Shown in pieces: positions 61,780 through 64,000 of a DNA stretch of 64,000 nucleotides. Position 1 is the stretch's first letter; the number at the start of each line of letters is the position of its first letter. This DNA is from Podarcis muralis (lineage: Eukaryota): contig NC_135655.1 of NCBI RefSeq assembly GCF_964188315.1, positions 80,166,001 through 80,230,000 of the forward strand, given 5' to 3'. A model generated the notes under the pieces. That model worked only from the letters and a program-made list of their open reading frames with translations, had not been told where the DNA came from and ran no database searches. The position numbers and the translations under genes were made by a program.

Positions 61780-62330
61780 TTACTCTTGCTGCCCCTCCGC
61801 GGCTTTTCTCCTATTTCTACACAGGGGAAAGCAAAGCACGAGGGTGGGTGGCGAGGGCTGACTGGCCACAGCCACCTCCAAGGGGCTGGAAAAGGCGCCT
61901 TTTCTTCCTGGGCAACACGGATCAAGCGCCACGGACCTCATCTCCTTGGTGATCAAAATTTCGATCCGGGTACACGCGATCTCGTTCTGTGGGCTCCCAA
62001 GCGCCCTCGACCTCACGCTCCCGTGTTAAGTAACGGGGCACGACAGGTCGCGAAAGATAGGCCCGTCGCTGCTCCAGCTCGCTCTTTGCTCCCGGCCCTC
62101 ACCTGGCGCGGCAGTTGCCCGTTCCCATGGAGACGGCGCAGCCACTCAGGGGAGCGTAGGAGGCAGCCTGGCCGGAAGCTGCCGCCCTTGCGGTCACGGT
62201 CACAGAGTTGTAAATGACAGAGCGGACGGAGAATCTCGTTGCCCGGGTAGGAAACTTCCGCCCTGCCTCTGGAAGCCATTTATAAAGTCTTCCATGGGGC
62301 GGAAGTGAATGCATCTGGAAGAAACCCGTG
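61780..62330 (-). promoter_or_regulatory. TMEM138: TMEM138 CpG-island promoter and non-coding exon 1
   Basis: Donor CAG|gtgag at 62103/62102; X-box GTTCCCATGGAGAC at 62121-62134; ETS motifs CCGGAAG near 62172 and GCGGAAGTG near 62299. Confidence 0.8.
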
Positions 62331-63169
62331 ATTCTACAGCGGCTTAGAGGGGACTACTTTTTTTGATGCTTAGTTTAAAAAACAACAACAACAACAACAT
62401 TTAAAACATGGCCCAGCACAGTCGGATGACATTTCACCATTTGTGTGTCGGGGTTTTTGGCTTGGAGAGCTGTTTATAACAGCCCTGCAAGGACACTATT
62501 AATGGTGCAGGTCAGAAGTAGCACGAACGTTTGCATTTCCAGGTTACAGCAGTCTAGTTCATTTGCCTCTTCATACCACCCTCGTCCACTAAACTCCGCA
62601 GACTCCGCGCTACACTCGCAAATGTTTACAGGGGTGTGCGCGCGCCTCTCACCTGATTCAAGACCCCGAGTTAGAAAATTATAGACTCCTCTCTTTGCTA
62701 CTACTTTTTGCTCGTTATGTGGGCACCTGCTTCCCAACTATTGCTAAAGTAAAATCTTCAATTTCTCCTTTGATTTCTATGAGCAGCTGAAATTCCGCGT
62801 GCAGACGACGACCGCTGGCGCTCTTTTTCTCTGTATGATACATGGCGCGGAGGGCGGTTTTTTTTTTTGTTTTTTTTTTTTTGTTTTTTGTTTTTTGTTG
62901 TTTGTTTTGTTTGTTTTGTTTTTTTGCCTTTATTTACCCTTTGCCGCTGATCTGGCTTTTGAGCTTTTCTGGTGGGTTATTACCACTTCGGTGCGAAAGA
63001 AAGAATTCTCTTCCTTCCTTCGGTTTCCTTCAGCGCACTAAACTGGGGCTTCTAGCAGCTGGAAAGGCATTCCACCATTTGATGAAATCAATCCGTGCTT
63101 ACTGCCTCAATTTTTAAAAATGGAGACACTCGTTCCAGTGGAATCAGACCACCAGAGATATATTTTTGT

Positions 63170-63950
63170 TTTGATATCACAGCTACAGGAGCGAAATCCT
63201 GCAGCGCGATTTCAGCAGATTAAGGGGCACCTAACGCCGCTGCCAGTCTACAATAATAACTTACTGGCGTGGAACAGGGAGTTATAGAAAAGGTTGCCAA
63301 CCTGACAAAGCTCCTCCTTTTCCTTCAGCTCTTGCTGTGTGACAGTCAAAACTTCGTCACGTGACGCGTTTCCTATTAATACACCTGTATACATACCGGC
63401 AATATACCTATACCAGCTCAATTTGCCGGGCACTTAGGCATCCAGGAAGTCCCTCATCTCTTTGACGCAAGGGAAAACTTTAATGACGGGTGCACCTAGG
63501 TACATTGCAAAGGCAGAAGCAAACGAAGAGGCTTGTAAAGCTCATTAAATGAGAACTTTCCCGGCTCGATTCCCCGCCGTGTTCATGCCCAGCAATATAC
63601 TGTACAGTACTGTACAGATCTTGCTGAGAAAACTACATTTCCCAGAAACCCGTCTTGGCGTTGGCTGGGCAGTGCCATAAACTGCGTCTAGACTAGTCTG
63701 AAGTGCCTCCTATCATGAGCAGAGACGATGGAGCTGAAGGGGACCTGGAGCTTTGGAACTACTTTTCCCGGCGCTCCCCGCGACTCAGACGGAAGCGAGG
63801 TGTGAGCTGTTGCTTGTATTTCTCGGTTCTTTGAGTGCGTGGACGCAGCTGGGTCGCGAAAGCAAACCTTGACCCTTGTGTGTGCGCAATCCCTCTTGCG
63901 GCTGTTCCCGGCGCTTCCCTGCAAGGGGCGATCCCGCTACCCATTTATAC
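63170..63950 (+). promoter_or_regulatory. CpG-enriched region, probable CYB561A3 promoter/5' UTR (no coding exon seen)
   Basis: CpG-rich, with a perfect GTCACGTGAC at 63356-63365 and ACGGAAG near 63789. Identity inferred only from human synteny (CYB561A3 is divergent from TMEM138). Confidence 0.4.
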
Positions 63951-64000
63951 GTTATGCTGTCTAGCAAATGTCAATTCCTTATTGCTCCTCATATGTGCTT

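Noticed and set aside
62238-62255. GTTGCCCGGGTAGGAAAC as a second TMEM138 X-box
   Set aside because: One good half-site, but the spacing to the other half is irregular; not counted.
63248-63433. 61-aa minus-strand ORF with an acidic/basic helix (QQELKEKEELCQ)
   Set aside because: GTG start, no recognisable family and no exon partners; it overlaps the promoter motif.

Overview
Vertebrate genomic DNA from a squamate reptile, probably a lacertid lizard (inferred from BovB, CR1, L2, L1, Penelope and Squam-type SINE fragments). The window is syntenic with human 11q12.2. Gene order: SAXO4/PPP1R32 (minus, 5' part only), SDHAF2 (minus, complete), shared CpG-island promoter, CPSF7 (plus, complete), an extra fascin-family gene (plus), TMEM216 (minus, terminal exon not resolved), TMEM138 (minus, complete), and the probable 5' region of CYB561A3. 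All exon chains were built by hand from GT-AG boundaries and keep frame. Main points of interest: (1) an intact 7-exon, 494-aa fascin paralogue at a position where I know of no human gene. Its intron pattern differs from FSCN1/2, it lacks the Ser39 and Ser274 regulatory sites, and it has an RFX X-box-like promoter element inside a cluster of X-box-bearing ciliary genes. (2) A candidate UGUA-rich intronic polyadenylation/alternative last exon in CPSF7 that would give an RRM-only CFIm59, a possible autoregulatory loop. (3) A Penelope-derived minimal hammerhead ribozyme in sense orientation in a TMEM216 intron. Homology statements rely on recalled human sequences; no database search was run.
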